64,000 nucleotides of DNA. Origin: Antedon mediterranea (Eukaryota > Animalia > Echinodermata). The position numbers were made by a program, and so were the translations under genes. Of this stretch, positions 25,201-37,800 are shown in pieces (position 1 is the stretch's first letter; each line of letters opens with the position of its first letter). The stretch spans positions 2,046,001-2,110,000 of the forward strand of contig NC_092674.1 in assembly GCF_964355755.1 (NCBI RefSeq). The letters run 5' to 3'. The notes beneath the pieces were generated by a model that was given only the letters and a program-made list of their open reading frames with translations, did not search any database and was not told the origin of the DNA.

Positions 25201-25368
25201 GTTGCCGTCTTCTGGGTTACATTTGGCAGGTTGCAGATAACAAGCAGAACGGTAACAAAGTTTAGGTGTCGTCGTAGTAGACTTTAAATCGACCTTCGGG
25301 GAAACGTTTTGTCCCATACATCCGGATAGCCAAATCACGAGAACAATTAAAGAGCTTTTTGTAGGCAT
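19264..25368 (-). CDS. Secreted protein: signal peptide + 2 DOMON (FRRS1/SDR2-type) + Na,K-ATPase beta-like ectodomain, ~618 aa. Exons: 25368-25087, 24377-24282, 23563-23407, 23150-22807, 22404-22300, 22009-21862, 21253-21044, 20641-20457, 20029-19925, 19488-19264; upstream exon ends at 26640 with an in-frame ATG (26642)
   Basis: All nine introns are GT-AG with matching phases (0,0,1,0,0,1,1,0,0). DOMON motifs: ADGFVAVGLSKDKFVGSDDMVAC and SNGWIALAFSEDKKMNEDDVVFC, plus ISCKFTRKK. Beta-subunit motifs: DPPNLQLIPDKAVISYKP..TYMKYVRALSMFL, C....FGYASGCPCVII, LPLTCEGK, IRIVCFTWAANI....EGRINF. Confidence 0.85.
21629..21788. mobile_element. Harbinger-like MITE
   Basis: TTA|GGCTTGGTTC...GAACCAAGCC|TTA. 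Related fragments at ~21497, 22530 and 54480-54765. Confidence 0.7.
22132..22272. mobile_element. Short MITE-like inverted repeat
   Basis: agacgattttccactagg ... cctagtgggaaatcggct, an imperfect TIR pair. Confidence 0.55.
23673..24009. mobile_element. Kolobok-like MITE, copy 1
   Basis: TTAA|AGATGTATTGT..CCCC ... GGGGACAATACATCT|TCAA; interior homologous to the copies at 44039 and 56551. Confidence 0.75.
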
Positions 25369-27212
25369 CTTTGCCTAAAGAAAATATAAAACAATATCAA
25401 TATAAGTAAACAAAGTTAAATAAAATCAACTGGATTGGTTAGTGACAACGTTATGCATTTACTTGAATAAAAATGATAATTTATATATATATACTAGACA
25501 AAAAATATAAATAATACAATGCATTCCTTTAATTTCCCGATACTATATATTAAAAAATAATTACAGCTATATCTATTTTTAGTATTTATTTTATTCCTCT
25601 GTAATTGCTTTTGTATATATAAGTTATAGTGAGGCTTTCGAAACTATTGAACGAGTCTAATACACATTTCAACGATAGTTATATTACATAAACTCTGGTA
25701 CACTTCAAACCCTGCCACTCCCAATCAAAGGACGTGTTTTTAATCCTTAACATATGAAAAATGTGTTAAATTGTAGTTAACATGTCCAACTGGGAGCCAA
25801 CCTAGGCCAACTGTTAGGACCTACACCTGTTACCAGCTCCTACCACCCTCTAGAGTTTTCAGGCTGCTGGTTTTGACCTACAAACAAGGCAATGAACTTT
25901 AAGCCCACTTTAAGTGCAATACACCGAAATACGTGGCAATGTTATATTCATTAAGGTGTCAAACCATAAACACAATATATCCTCATGCTGCTATTAGTTG
26001 TTAATGACGTCATAGAGACACAAAGTTGACGCGCGCGTCAAATTCGTATTCTCATGCTGCTAATAGTTGTTAATGACGTCATAGAGACACAAATTTGACG
26101 CGCGCGTCAACGCGTACCATTTTCATCAGATTGAGCACGCCCGCGTTATATTTTATGACGTCATTGACAAGAGTAGTAGGAAACGATCAGTGTAAGAAGA
26201 TCCAAACTTGTGGACAAAACTCATCCATTAAACTGGACTGGAATAATTCCATTTTGGTCGCCAAAGAAAAAATAGCCGGGACCTCCGCGCTTGAATTATT
26301 CATATTATTAGACCAATAAGATGTAAAATTGATTAGACCCTAATGCTATTTAGTTTAGTAGCTCACCAAATTAGTGCAAAATACAGGACCTTATCTTAAA
26401 ACCAATTTATAATAATAGGGCCTACCATAATAATGATAGTCTATAGAACTGGAATTTAATTTCGCCAAAAGCATTCAAAATTATTATTAATTCATCTGAT
26501 TTCTTTAATATTATGTTTAAATAAATCAATATAAATTCGGTAAATAAGATTTCAAAATATAATTTATAAAAAAACCAACAAAAAAAACAATTCCAAATGT
26601 CTTAGGCCTATACTACCAACAGAAAGGCTAAAAACTTACCATCTGCTCCAAGTAAAGTCCCGATGCTACTCAAGAATATACCTCACACTGTCTGTTCGGA
26701 AATAGTCAATGTACTGTTAGCCTGCTAAATAAAAGACTTCAAACTACCAATTGGGATGATGTCCACTTCCGATTGGGCCACCGACTGTAGTTAAAACAAC
26801 ACTGTTATTCCAGACAAAACCCAATTAAGAATTCAACTGATACTTCACTGCTTTTATACACCAACACTTAGGCCTATGTATAGTTTTTCCAGAATTGCTG
26901 TATTGTTTGCCAATCCACCGCCAATCAGCGCTTGGTACTGTGTTTACTTCCACCAACAATGAATAACGTTTCTTCTGGTTTGGTATAAAGTGCGTGAATA
27001 GCCCTCCTCACGTCAAACTGATTTAAACTTTTATTATTTAAACGTTTAAACATATGTTTATATATTTAATCTCCTGAGATTTTGCTCTAACAACTGCAAG
27101 GCTTTCTCATCTTCGATAGTAGTTTAAGAACGATTAACTAAGCTTAATTTCAGGATCTTTTGAAAGATTGCCAATTGCAAAATAAATCAAATTTATTGTG
27201 AAATTGTTCGAT

Positions 27213-27213
<1 letters not shown>

Positions 27214-27254
<41 letters not shown>
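27214..27254 (+). repeat. (AAT)n microsatellite
   Basis: About 13 perfect units. Confidence 0.95.
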
Positions 27255-27255
<1 letters not shown>

Positions 27256-27677
27256 TATCATGACGAGTATGAATTTGCAGATAATACGTTTGATATACAG
27301 TAAACACAGCATATACTTATTCATAAAATGTAAAACAATATAATATATTCGGAAATGTTTATTAAACAAATTATAAGCAATTTTTTTCTAGACTAAACCA
27401 AGTTTCCCTATAATAGGAGTGTCCCCTGAATAGAGGTGCAGGTTGGATGTTAGTGTTAAAACGTATATTTCCCCTAATATTCTGTTCTGCTTCATGATAA
27501 TGTGCAGATAACATAGCAGAAATAAAGCGTTGCGTCACTAACAATAGGGATGTCCCCTGAAAAGAGGTATCCCGCAAAGAGGTTCTAGTATAGACATTTA
27601 TTATAGAAATCTATTTTTAATCTTTGGAATTTATTTAATCTTTAGACTTTAATATAAACGTCTTTGCTGCTAAATAT

Positions 27678-29273
27678 TTATGTAGAATCCTTATCAATTG
27701 CTTCATTTTCCTCCTTTTTCGTTGTTCTTTCTAGTAGTTGTATGTATTGTTTTCGACGCCTGTAACTGGAAATACAACGCCTGTGGACAAAAATGAATGA
27801 TTGTATTAGGCCTAAATCAACGCTCAGAGAGAGTGAAACAAATCGTTGACAACAGGGAGTATGTTATTGCTGTGTGGTTGAGTTATGCTGTGGGTGGGTG
27901 GTAGGGTTGGGTGGGTTGGGTTATGCTGTGGGTGGGTGGGTGGTAGGGTTGGGTGGGTTGGGTTATGCTGTGGGTGGGTGGTAGGGTTGGGTGGGTTGGG
28001 TTATGCTGTGGGTGGGTGGTAGGGTTGGGTGGGTTGGGTTATGCTGTGGGTGGGTGGTAGGGTTGGGTGGGTTGAGTTATGTTGTGGGTGGGTGGTAGGG
28101 TTGGGTGGGTTGGGTTTGAGAAACAACTGATGATAATTATGATCCAATTTTTGGTCAAAGTGAATAACATTTTTTTTTTGAGGGAGATAATAAATCGATT
28201 TGAATGAGCGGCTGCTGTATTTACCTGATCTGTGGTATCTTTAAGTAAAGACACACCAGTAGTATGAAGAGGGTTCCACCAACTGCAAGTTCCCACCAAA
28301 TCCAGTTGCAGTGCAACGCACCTATGTCTACCTTTGTTATTATTTTATTATCTAGGCCTAAATCATTGCAGCGCGGTATGATATCTTTACGTCCCTTAGG
28401 TGCCAATATCCCTTCATTTAATTTTATCCAATTGATAAACCAGACCAAGTCACAGTTGCATGTGAATGGGTTACTAAAAACTGATAACTTATTCAAATTG
28501 GGAAAATCTTGCAATCCGGCCGAGGGACCTATATTTGCTAGTAGATTGTCGTGGATATACAGTACTTCAATACTGGCACTTGACGCCTTAAAGAATCCAG
28601 GTGGAATGTACGTGATTTCATTGTTGAAAAGCGCTACAAGATTGAGTTTTGTATGTTTCTTGAATAGACCAGAAGGCAGAAACCGTATGTTGTTGTCGCC
28701 GAGATTAACCCACTTAAGATTCAAGTTATTGTCGAATAAATCTCCGTCGACGGATGTGATGTCACAGTGACGAAGAACGACGATAGTTAAGCTACGAAGC
28801 TCCTCAAACCAACGTTTATTTACCTTTTTTAAGGTATTATAACTTATACGTAAATATGAAAGTTCATCCAAGCCACTAAAAGCGGTATCGTCAATTCTAG
28901 ATTCCGTCAGTTCGTTGTTGATCAAGTCCAAAGAGATAATGGACAAATTCGAAAACCCGTATGCGTCCAACGTCGTTATAGCGTTGCTTCCAAGGTATAA
29001 GTTTTTGGTGTCAACTTGGAGTCGTGGCATCTTGTTCAGATCCTTTGAAGTGCAGTTTACATACCAACTACATTGATGGGAACATTGCAAATCATTTTCA
29101 CAAAAAGAACAAGAGCATTTAACCTCCTCAACACAATCTTTTATTATAAAATCGCAGTGAAAGTCGCAGCCATGACATTTCTTCTCATTGTTGGTACCAT
29201 GGGTAGTACTTACCAATGCACATAGGATTACTAGGCTTACAAATGTTGTCACAGACAAAACACGTAAGTACAT
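27678..29273 (-). CDS. Single-pass leucine-rich-repeat receptor without TIR domain, ~383 aa. Exons: 29273-28225, 27780-27678
   Basis: Signal peptide; Cys-rich N-cap; ~8 LxxLxLxxN repeats; LRRCT NPFTCNCDLVWF; TM WIWWELAVGGTLFILLVCLYL. Phase-2 splice AG|GTAAAT..CAG|G adds the tail RRCISSYRRRKQYIQLLERTTKKEENEAIDKDST*. Confidence 0.88.
27883..28115 (+). repeat. 38-bp G-rich minisatellite x6 in the LRR-gene intron
   Basis: Unit ttatgctgtgggtgggtggtagggttgggtgggttggg at 27883, 27921, 27963, 28001, 28039, 28077. Confidence 0.95.
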
Positions 29274-30356
29274 TTTTGACCGATCATAGAGATATTATAG
29301 AATATATTGCAGTAAACTGATGTATTTCCTTCTTTCAATCGGAACCGACAAAACGAAAACGAGAGTGGCATATTGACATTTCCTATGACGCCTCTAATAG
29401 CAAACATCTCCATGATGATAGCTTCATGAAAAAAAAATGTACCGCGATTTTTAAACAACGAAAAAACAAAAACAATACAAACCGAAAAATTGTAAGGTCT
29501 AATTTTTTTTGTCTAGTCAAGTTTATATTCCTACCGATTACCATGCATCATATCTCATCCCTTCCCTTCCCTACTTCCCACTCTCCTCTCCCAATTCTCC
29601 TCCTCCCCAACCACCTATTCTACTGTCTATAACTTGATCTCTCTCCAAAGCAAGGAAGGAATTTTCTGTCTGCCACCACCAATGTTTGAGATATAAAAAA
29701 ATCCAGTTAATAAACTCACACCCTATTTACAACATGCGAGATATTATTAATCCAGAGGGAGTAAAGACATTTAATACATTTTCTCATAACATTGGCCTGA
29801 ACTCTGTCTCAAAACCGGGGACACGGTGTGAGGCTTGGCCGTTCAGTCAGATAGATAGGCCTACAGACTTGGACGTAAATTCCTCGAAAAGTAAAGTAAT
29901 TGAAACCTATTGTAAAAAAAACAACTCGGGAACAGCCATCATGTTATTGTAAGTATGTTTTGAAGACAAAAAATAGCTTTTTAGTTTATAATAATTACGT
30001 TTTGTTTGTAAGATTCTTGGGTGGGAGAACGAATGAGAGGTGTGCTATCAACTCCCACCACACACCGACGGTGGAAGAGAGACGATTAGCCGCTAGTATT
30101 TTACTTCCGGTAGTTATCAAGTCGGGCTTACAGATGTATACTGCTCAAGTGAATTAACATTATCCTCGAGTACACTATGCTCTTGGTTTATTATGCTGTA
30201 TCCTATATAGGTTCTATCTACCGTCATTACAGTTACTTCAATATGTTATGTATCTTGAACAATATGAATTATTTATTTATTTTAGGCTTAAACTATTGAC
30301 TAATAAAAGCTACTGCCATGATGTGTTATTGTTTACTACTGTACGTATTTAATGTT

Positions 30357-31119
30357 CGCCGTGGCTAAAGATACGGTACCGTATTCTAACTTCTGTTTAC
30401 TAAAGGTACGGTAAAATTGCATTACGTCATATTAATCAGCCAATGGAGTGCTGGTACGTGTGTGACGTCATCGTATAAGGACTTTTTTTCATATCGCGTC
30501 TGTTGTATATGTAGAGAATTCCTATCGGCGGCGCCAGACTGCGTGGATGTGTGTGCGCTGTAGATGAGGGTTTTATTTTTATTCCAAATGGCCTATTTAG
30601 GCCTATATTTTTTATTAAACTTTGTTTACAATGGTGACCATAAACAACAAGCAAATGCGGACAATAAAGGGGCCCTCAAATACTATGATTTAGACAGTAG
30701 CCCCAGGGCTGACGAGTCACAGAAATCAGCGCACACATGCAGCTGGCTCCAGCCTGGCATCGCTTTCCCTACACAAACAAACTCATGAGGTTATAGTACG
30801 TAGTAAGTAGGCCTAGGCCTCTGTTGAAACGGTTTTCTGTAATCTAGAATTAAAATCAATGTTTTGGCTTTTCAATAATAATAACAGACGTAGGCTACAT
30901 TTAGTTTTTTTCACACACGACTGCGATAATAGCGATGAATGAAGCATAAAGAAAATGCGGTTGATCACTGTTTTCGCGAGATGAAAAAAATCCACAAAGT
31001 CCTTATACGATGACGTCACACACGTACCAGCACCCCATTGGCTGGTTATGACGTAATGCAATTTTACCGTACCTAGTAAACAGAAGTTACAATACGGTAC
31101 TGTATCTTTAGCCACGGCG
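30357..31119. mobile_element. Non-autonomous MULE (Mutator-like) element in the ARHGEF7 5' region
   Basis: ~75-bp TIRs CGCCGTGGCTAAAGATAC..; perfect 9-bp target duplication TTTAATGTT at 30348-30356 and 31120-31128. Confidence 0.9.
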
Positions 31120-31811
31120 TTTAATGTTTTACTTACTTGCTTACTTGATAGATAGGCCCTGTATTCCTTTGAGAAAGGGTCCTCAATTTTTCTTTGAAGG
31201 ATTTCATAGTTTTTGCAGAAATTATATCGTCTGGTTGTAATTTGTTCAAATCGGAAATTATTCTATTACCAAACAACTGTTTTTGTTTACTTTTTCCTTT
31301 CTAGGCCTATAGTTTATTATATTTTTTGTTTCATACTTATAAAGCAAGTAACTCAACATTTTACAGTGATTGATAATCTATAATCTCATGTTTTGTAAAG
31401 ATCTAAGTTTAGGTTTAGAGAGTGGAGTAGAAACAGATGATTGTGAAGTAAGAATCTTCTTGAGTTGAGGTTTTTTCTTGAGATTGCAGTCCAATTTCTT
31501 GAGATTGCAGGCCAATTTCAGAGGTTTGCGATCTATCTTTAAAACAACCCCGCAGAATTATAATAATTAATAGAATAAAAGACAACAATTATGCATACTT
31601 CATGGCAATCCAAAAATCTTGCATTCCAATAATATTAATGTTAAAAACTTTAGAACAAGATTTAAATGCCTAAATATGGTAATACCATTTGTCTGCTAAA
31701 AGTTGGCCAACTAAATTTTTTTCAGTGGTGTTTTATTAAAGCATATTTTTATTTTTTATTTAGATGATGTAGATACGCCAACTAGCAAGTAGTAGTATTT
31801 TGAATTGCATC

Positions 31812-34800
31812 ATGGCTACCAATATAGATTCCATGAAGTTGGTGCGAGCACGTTTCGCGTACAAAGCCACTAGCACAGATGAACTGAACTTTAACAAAGG
31901 TGACATCGTTATGGTCACCCAACAGGTTGAGGGCGGATGGTGGGAAGGAACGCTAAACAGTAAAACTGGATGGTTCCCTAGCAACTACGTCAAAGAAATT
32001 CCCTCTGCTGGTGGTGAGTTCTAAATTTCCTATCGCATTCAGGCAAAATGGGGGTGGGGGGGGGGCGGGGGTGTGGAATCAGATTGTTAGTCTATTGCAT
32101 TTACAGTTTACAGCCCATTTCAACAACAAAAAGATGCGCCCCCTCCCCCTCCCCCTCCTATGCTATTAGACAGAGTCTTTAATTGGAAGGTGCAGCTAAT
32201 CATCTGCAACCACAGTCTTTATTTGGAGAATGTAATAACTAATATATTACATTTATTTCTGAGCTGTAATTTTGCTTTAACCCGGTCAGCACATGTTTAG
32301 GCCCTTGACACTCCTTAATTCAAAATCCTGGTCAGGGTCAGTAACCAGTTAAGTTGTACAGTAACTAAAAAACTTCACTAATAACCAATTAAAAGATGTT
32401 CTAACAACATTTTAATGCTTATTTTAAATTTGTTTACTGCCAAAAAGGATTTTATTATTTTTATTGAACCATGTTTGATGAGGGTAGCCCATCTAGCAAA
32501 GCTGATCATTGGGCCCTCAACAATACAATAATACACAATACACACAGATAACTTTATTCACAAACAAGTTGTTCATCACAGCAAAATATCCATTATGTTA
32601 TTGTATTTTGATTTTCAGTATGCTGCATTATAATGACATTCTGTGACTCATATCATTATAGTGCCAATGTTTAATAACAGCATGCAATAATGTTAATGCT
32701 AATGAACATAATAATGCAGACATTCATGTTATTACAATAAGAAAAAAGATGCACAAGCTACACTTTCTACCTAAATAATGGGAAAAAATGTTTTTGCTAA
32801 TAAGCCTCAGTTGACAGAGTGTGTCGTAGTGGTCAGTTGACATAGTGTGTCGTAGTGGTCAGTTGACATAGTGTGTCGTAGTGGTCAGTTGACATGAGTG
32901 TGTCGTAGTGGTCAGTTGACAGTGTGTCGTAGTGGTTAGTTGACTGAGTGTGCCATAGTGGTCAGTTGACATGAGTGTGTCATAGTGGTCAGTTGACTGA
33001 GTGTGTCGTAGTGGTCAGTTGACTGAGTGTGCCATAGTGGTCAGTTGACATGAGTGTGTCATAGTGGTCAGTTGACTGAGTGTGTCGTAGTGGTCAGTTG
33101 ACTGAGTGTGCCATAATGGTCAGTTGACTGAGTGTGTCGTAGTGGTCAGTTGACTGAGTGTGTCGTAGTGGTCAAATTGTTAATGGTTAGTGTTGAAATA
33201 TATTCCTATAACAACATGCTTTTCAAATTCTATGGGTACAACCCCAACATCTTGAAAACCCAACTGAATCGATATAATTATTATTATTACCGCATAGTAC
33301 CCATAGTACCCCCATGAAGACTGAATACAAAAATTCAACTGGATACAAAATTTGGCAAAAATGATTGCATTTGTAATGTTTTTGTTGTTTTTATATTTGT
33401 TTTTTAAATGTAAAATATGGTGATACTGATTTTGGTTCAAATAAATATTAAATTGAATGTATTTTCCTTTCCTCTTGACATGTAGACTAAATTAGAGCAT
33501 GGGATTACTGTACATTTGAGGATGGGATTATACTTGGGTCATACTGTATACCATAATGTAACAAATATAAGACTATTTTGTAGGCTACAGAATACAGCAG
33601 AGACTTAGTAGAAGTCTTAAAGCATTTTCAGGAAGTTTCTTAGTTAAAATACCAGGAAGTTGGAAACTCCTAATCAACAATAACCTTTGACCTTGGAACA
33701 TAATAGTTATGAGGAACCGTATACAGTGTTTTTATAAATTTAGATTATCAGAACGATATTACAAGTTGTATTTGAATATTAACGATTTATTTGTTTTAAA
33801 AATGTATTTATGATTTGTTTATTGTTATTAAAATATGTGTCTTTATCATTAATACATTGTACATGTTTCAAAGATTCAGAAAAACAATTTCTTCTCGATT
33901 TAATTAAAAAGAAATATTTAAAACTTGATGTAATAATAATGTCCAATTTATATAGTGCAAAATGCAGGGCACCTCTAAGTGCTGAACAATGTTAAAAGTG
34001 CAAATTAAAAAGGTTGGATTTGAGGATGTGTTTTTAATATTTTACAATGTTCTGATTACATTAATTATAAATGAAAAATTTGTGGATAATTAATTTATGT
34101 AGGTCAGCATTTTCTTGACACATACCGTACCATTATCTATCACAGTCGATGCTTTGACGTCTATAAGCTGCTTTAAAAGCGTTTGCCTCCAGCAATATTT
34201 ATGTTACTTTGTTGGCATAATCTCGTATGATTTATGTTTGCCTGCCATGGCTTCAGCACTACATTTCATGTTTTTATTATTGCGCGCACATTACCTTTCC
34301 TCTTCGGGCCGAGTGTCCCATAAGGCTATAACAGGGTTCGAAATAACACTGGTCCGCCGGCCAATGGCCAGTTAAATGCGTGGCGGACCAGTAAGAAGCC
34401 AAATAACAAGTCTGCTTGACCAGTTAAAATTTCAGTAAAACCTGATGAAATACATAAGATGTTCTATCAGTCAATTTCGCTTCTATCTAGATTATCAGCA
34501 ATTTAATTGGTATTTTAAAATGTTAACTATTATATCTGTTTGTTTGTTTTATTTGGTATTCAAACAACGAACCAAAATGGCACTTCAAGCTAACACAGCT
34601 TGTTTACTAAAAGCATAAATTATTGCAGGAAAGGAAATGCAGTATGTCCGCAAAATAATTTTGACATGATCGCCCAAAGAAAATACAGTATTTAGCATAA
34701 ACAGCCAGCTTGATGCTTTATTTGTATTTTAATCCAGAAAACGAAGGTGTACAGTGGTTAAAAGGAAACAATTACAAAATTGTGAAAAGTGGACAGTTTT

Positions 34801-37800
34801 AGAATTTATTTAATAGTAACTGTCAACTGTACTGAACAAAATAGGAGGTTTTCAATATATACTGTGATACAATCAATAATTACTAAAGATTGAAATATTA
34901 GAAGTATCCAATAACTCAAGTTCTTTGCTTTCTAGAGATGAGCTTTATAAATTATATTATACAAATTTGTAAGCGCTGTACAAAATAGGATGTTTGCAAT
35001 ATACTGTTGTACTGTACAATCAATAACATTAAAGATTGAAATATTAGAAGTACCCAATACCTCAAGTTCTTTGCTTTCTACAGATGAGCTTTATATTAAT
35101 ACAAATCAATATAAGTTTTCATTATGATGACCGGGACATGTTTCATATTACATAAAACTTAATCATGAACCTGAATTTTTAGAGTGCTGTATCTTGGTTT
35201 AATTGAGATGTTGAAGAAACAGATGCATACTTAGTTTAATTTGATTGAGTTTAAATCAAAAGATTAAATATCAGTGTTGAATAAATTAAGGAGCGACTAT
35301 AATGGTATTAGCTGACATGATAAACTGAGCAAAACCATTACAAAAATATATAGATTTTATGTTTTTAGTTAATTTTCTTTTTTTTATAAGAAAGTTTAAG
35401 TTACATTCATCATCAAGTTTTTATGTAACTTCAAATAATTTTAATTAAAAACAGTTTTAATTTTGTTACCAAACACACATACTCACTGTATGTGGGATGG
35501 TCTCACAGACGACTCCATTATCGGATAGGTGTGCTTAACTGAATTCCTTATTTTTCGTAAATGTATCCTCTCTTTAAAAAGCCAGGACTATTGTTGGTTT
35601 ATCCGGGTAAGCAACAACCATAGACTAAAGCAGGTTTTGTTTAAGTGTTACATTAATCATTGTACATAAGTAACCATGCCACATTAATTTCTATTTGCTA
35701 AGCCATAAGAATTTATATGTACATAAATTTCTAAAAAATCTTCTTCTTAACGTTTTCCGTCTTCTGCCATTACGCTTTCCACAATTTGTTTCTATTTTTA
35801 AATTTTCAAATTAATATATAAATTAACTTGTCATTGTTGGTAGTTGGCAAATAATTTTTTCTTTTAGTTAATTCCGTAAAATTGCATTCCTCGGAATATT
35901 TTCGTTTGTGCCATTAAGATGACTAATGTTGTGTTTGGGGATTACTTAAGCGTTGGGAATGTCTCGCTCCCGTTAATACATTCGGCATTTTGCGCATAAA
36001 TTTTGCATAATTACTCTTCAAGATTGTACATTAAACTTGAAATTGCATTATAAGACAAGCGTCACATTTAAGTGGTGTTCTAAGATGCTTTATTTATAGG
36101 AATAATAATAAAGAACTAACGCAGTTGTAATAGAATACAATGTCTAGTGAAAACACTGTCGGGCTAGCCAACATATTTTACTTTGTTGGCTAGTGACAAT
36201 TTAGTATCATTGTGGCTATTTTTAAGACAAACTGTCAAAATCTAGATAATAATAATATATAATATAATTGTTTTAATTCAGACAGGCAGACCGTAACATC
36301 TTTTTTCCTAGCAAACAGGTTAATTACTTTCACTTACTTAATATAGTTTGTTTTTCTGTGACATCAGATCAATGATAAATTGTTATCACATTGTTGTCAT
36401 ATTGTATTGATGCAGTAATTAAAATCTTGACAAGCACATACTATAATGAACAAGCATTGAATAATGTAGAACAACGAACATTGAATAGAACTACAAACAT
36501 TGAATAGAACTACAAACATTGAATAGAACTACAAACATTGAATAGAACTACAAACATTGAATAGAACTACAAACATTGAATAGAACTACAAACATTGAAT
36601 AGAACTACAAACATTGAATAGAACTACAAACATTAAATAGAACTACAAACATTGAATAAAACTACAAACATTGAATAAAACTACAAACATTGAATAGAAC
36701 TACAAACATTGAATAGAACTACAAACATTGAATAGAACTACAAACATTGAATAAAACTACAAACATTGAATAAAACTACAAACATTGAATAAAACTACAA
36801 ACATTGAATAAAACTACAAACATTGAATAGAACTACAAACATTGAATAGAACTACAAACATTGAATAGAACTACAAACATTGAATAGAACTACAAACATT
36901 AAATAGAACTACAAAAATTGAATAGAACTACAAACATTAAATAGAACTACAAACAATAAATAGAACTACAAACATTAAATAGAACTACAAACATTGAATA
37001 GAACTACAAACATTGAATAAAACTACAAACATTAAATAGAACTACAAACATTAAATAGAACTACAAACATTGAATAAAACTACAAACATTGAATAGAACT
37101 ACAAACCTCCAGTAGGACAAAAAACATTTAATAGAAGAACAACTGAATAGCATAACAAACATTGAATACTGTAGAACAATAAATGTTACATTCTATAGAA
37201 ACATTTTTTATGTCGTAAAAGTCAAAATTATAAATCATGTTTTTCATGTGCAAAATTTTAATGTGCTCTGTGCCGTTGTTCATTTATAGAACAATTAGTA
37301 ATAGGTTTAATTGATAAAACATGAATATATTCAATAGATAGAAAAGATGTATAAACTGCAGAAATGTCAGGAGATTAATACATTCATGTTTAAAGTTCAG
37401 CGTTGTAATGTTCTCCGTGTCATTAGAGGACAGTAATTAATAATAATTTTCCTTGAAATAGTGCGATGGAACATCTCTGCATAGAAGCTGTGTGAAATAT
37501 TAAAGCTATGTATATCATATTTTAATGTGCAACTTTGTAATGTGCTCTCGTTGTCTGTCGGGTATTTATACGGATCAGTTACAAATATAAATTAATTTAT
37601 TAATGCACAAAGCCTAGGATGACAAATTCCATTAATTTCTTGCATCTCTTAAGCTCTGTTAAAGAGCGTCACGTATTGCTTTCGTTCAGCAGCGTGTGAA
37701 CTGCTTGCGCCATCTACAAATTTAACACGTATTGTTGTTAATTCTTCTCCCTATCGTCACCAGTGCTTTTTAGAAGTTGATTATTTAAAAGGTTTCAAGG

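Noticed and set aside
28264-28770. 168-aa plus-strand ORF
   Set aside because: Antisense to the LRR exon, with no recognisable motif.
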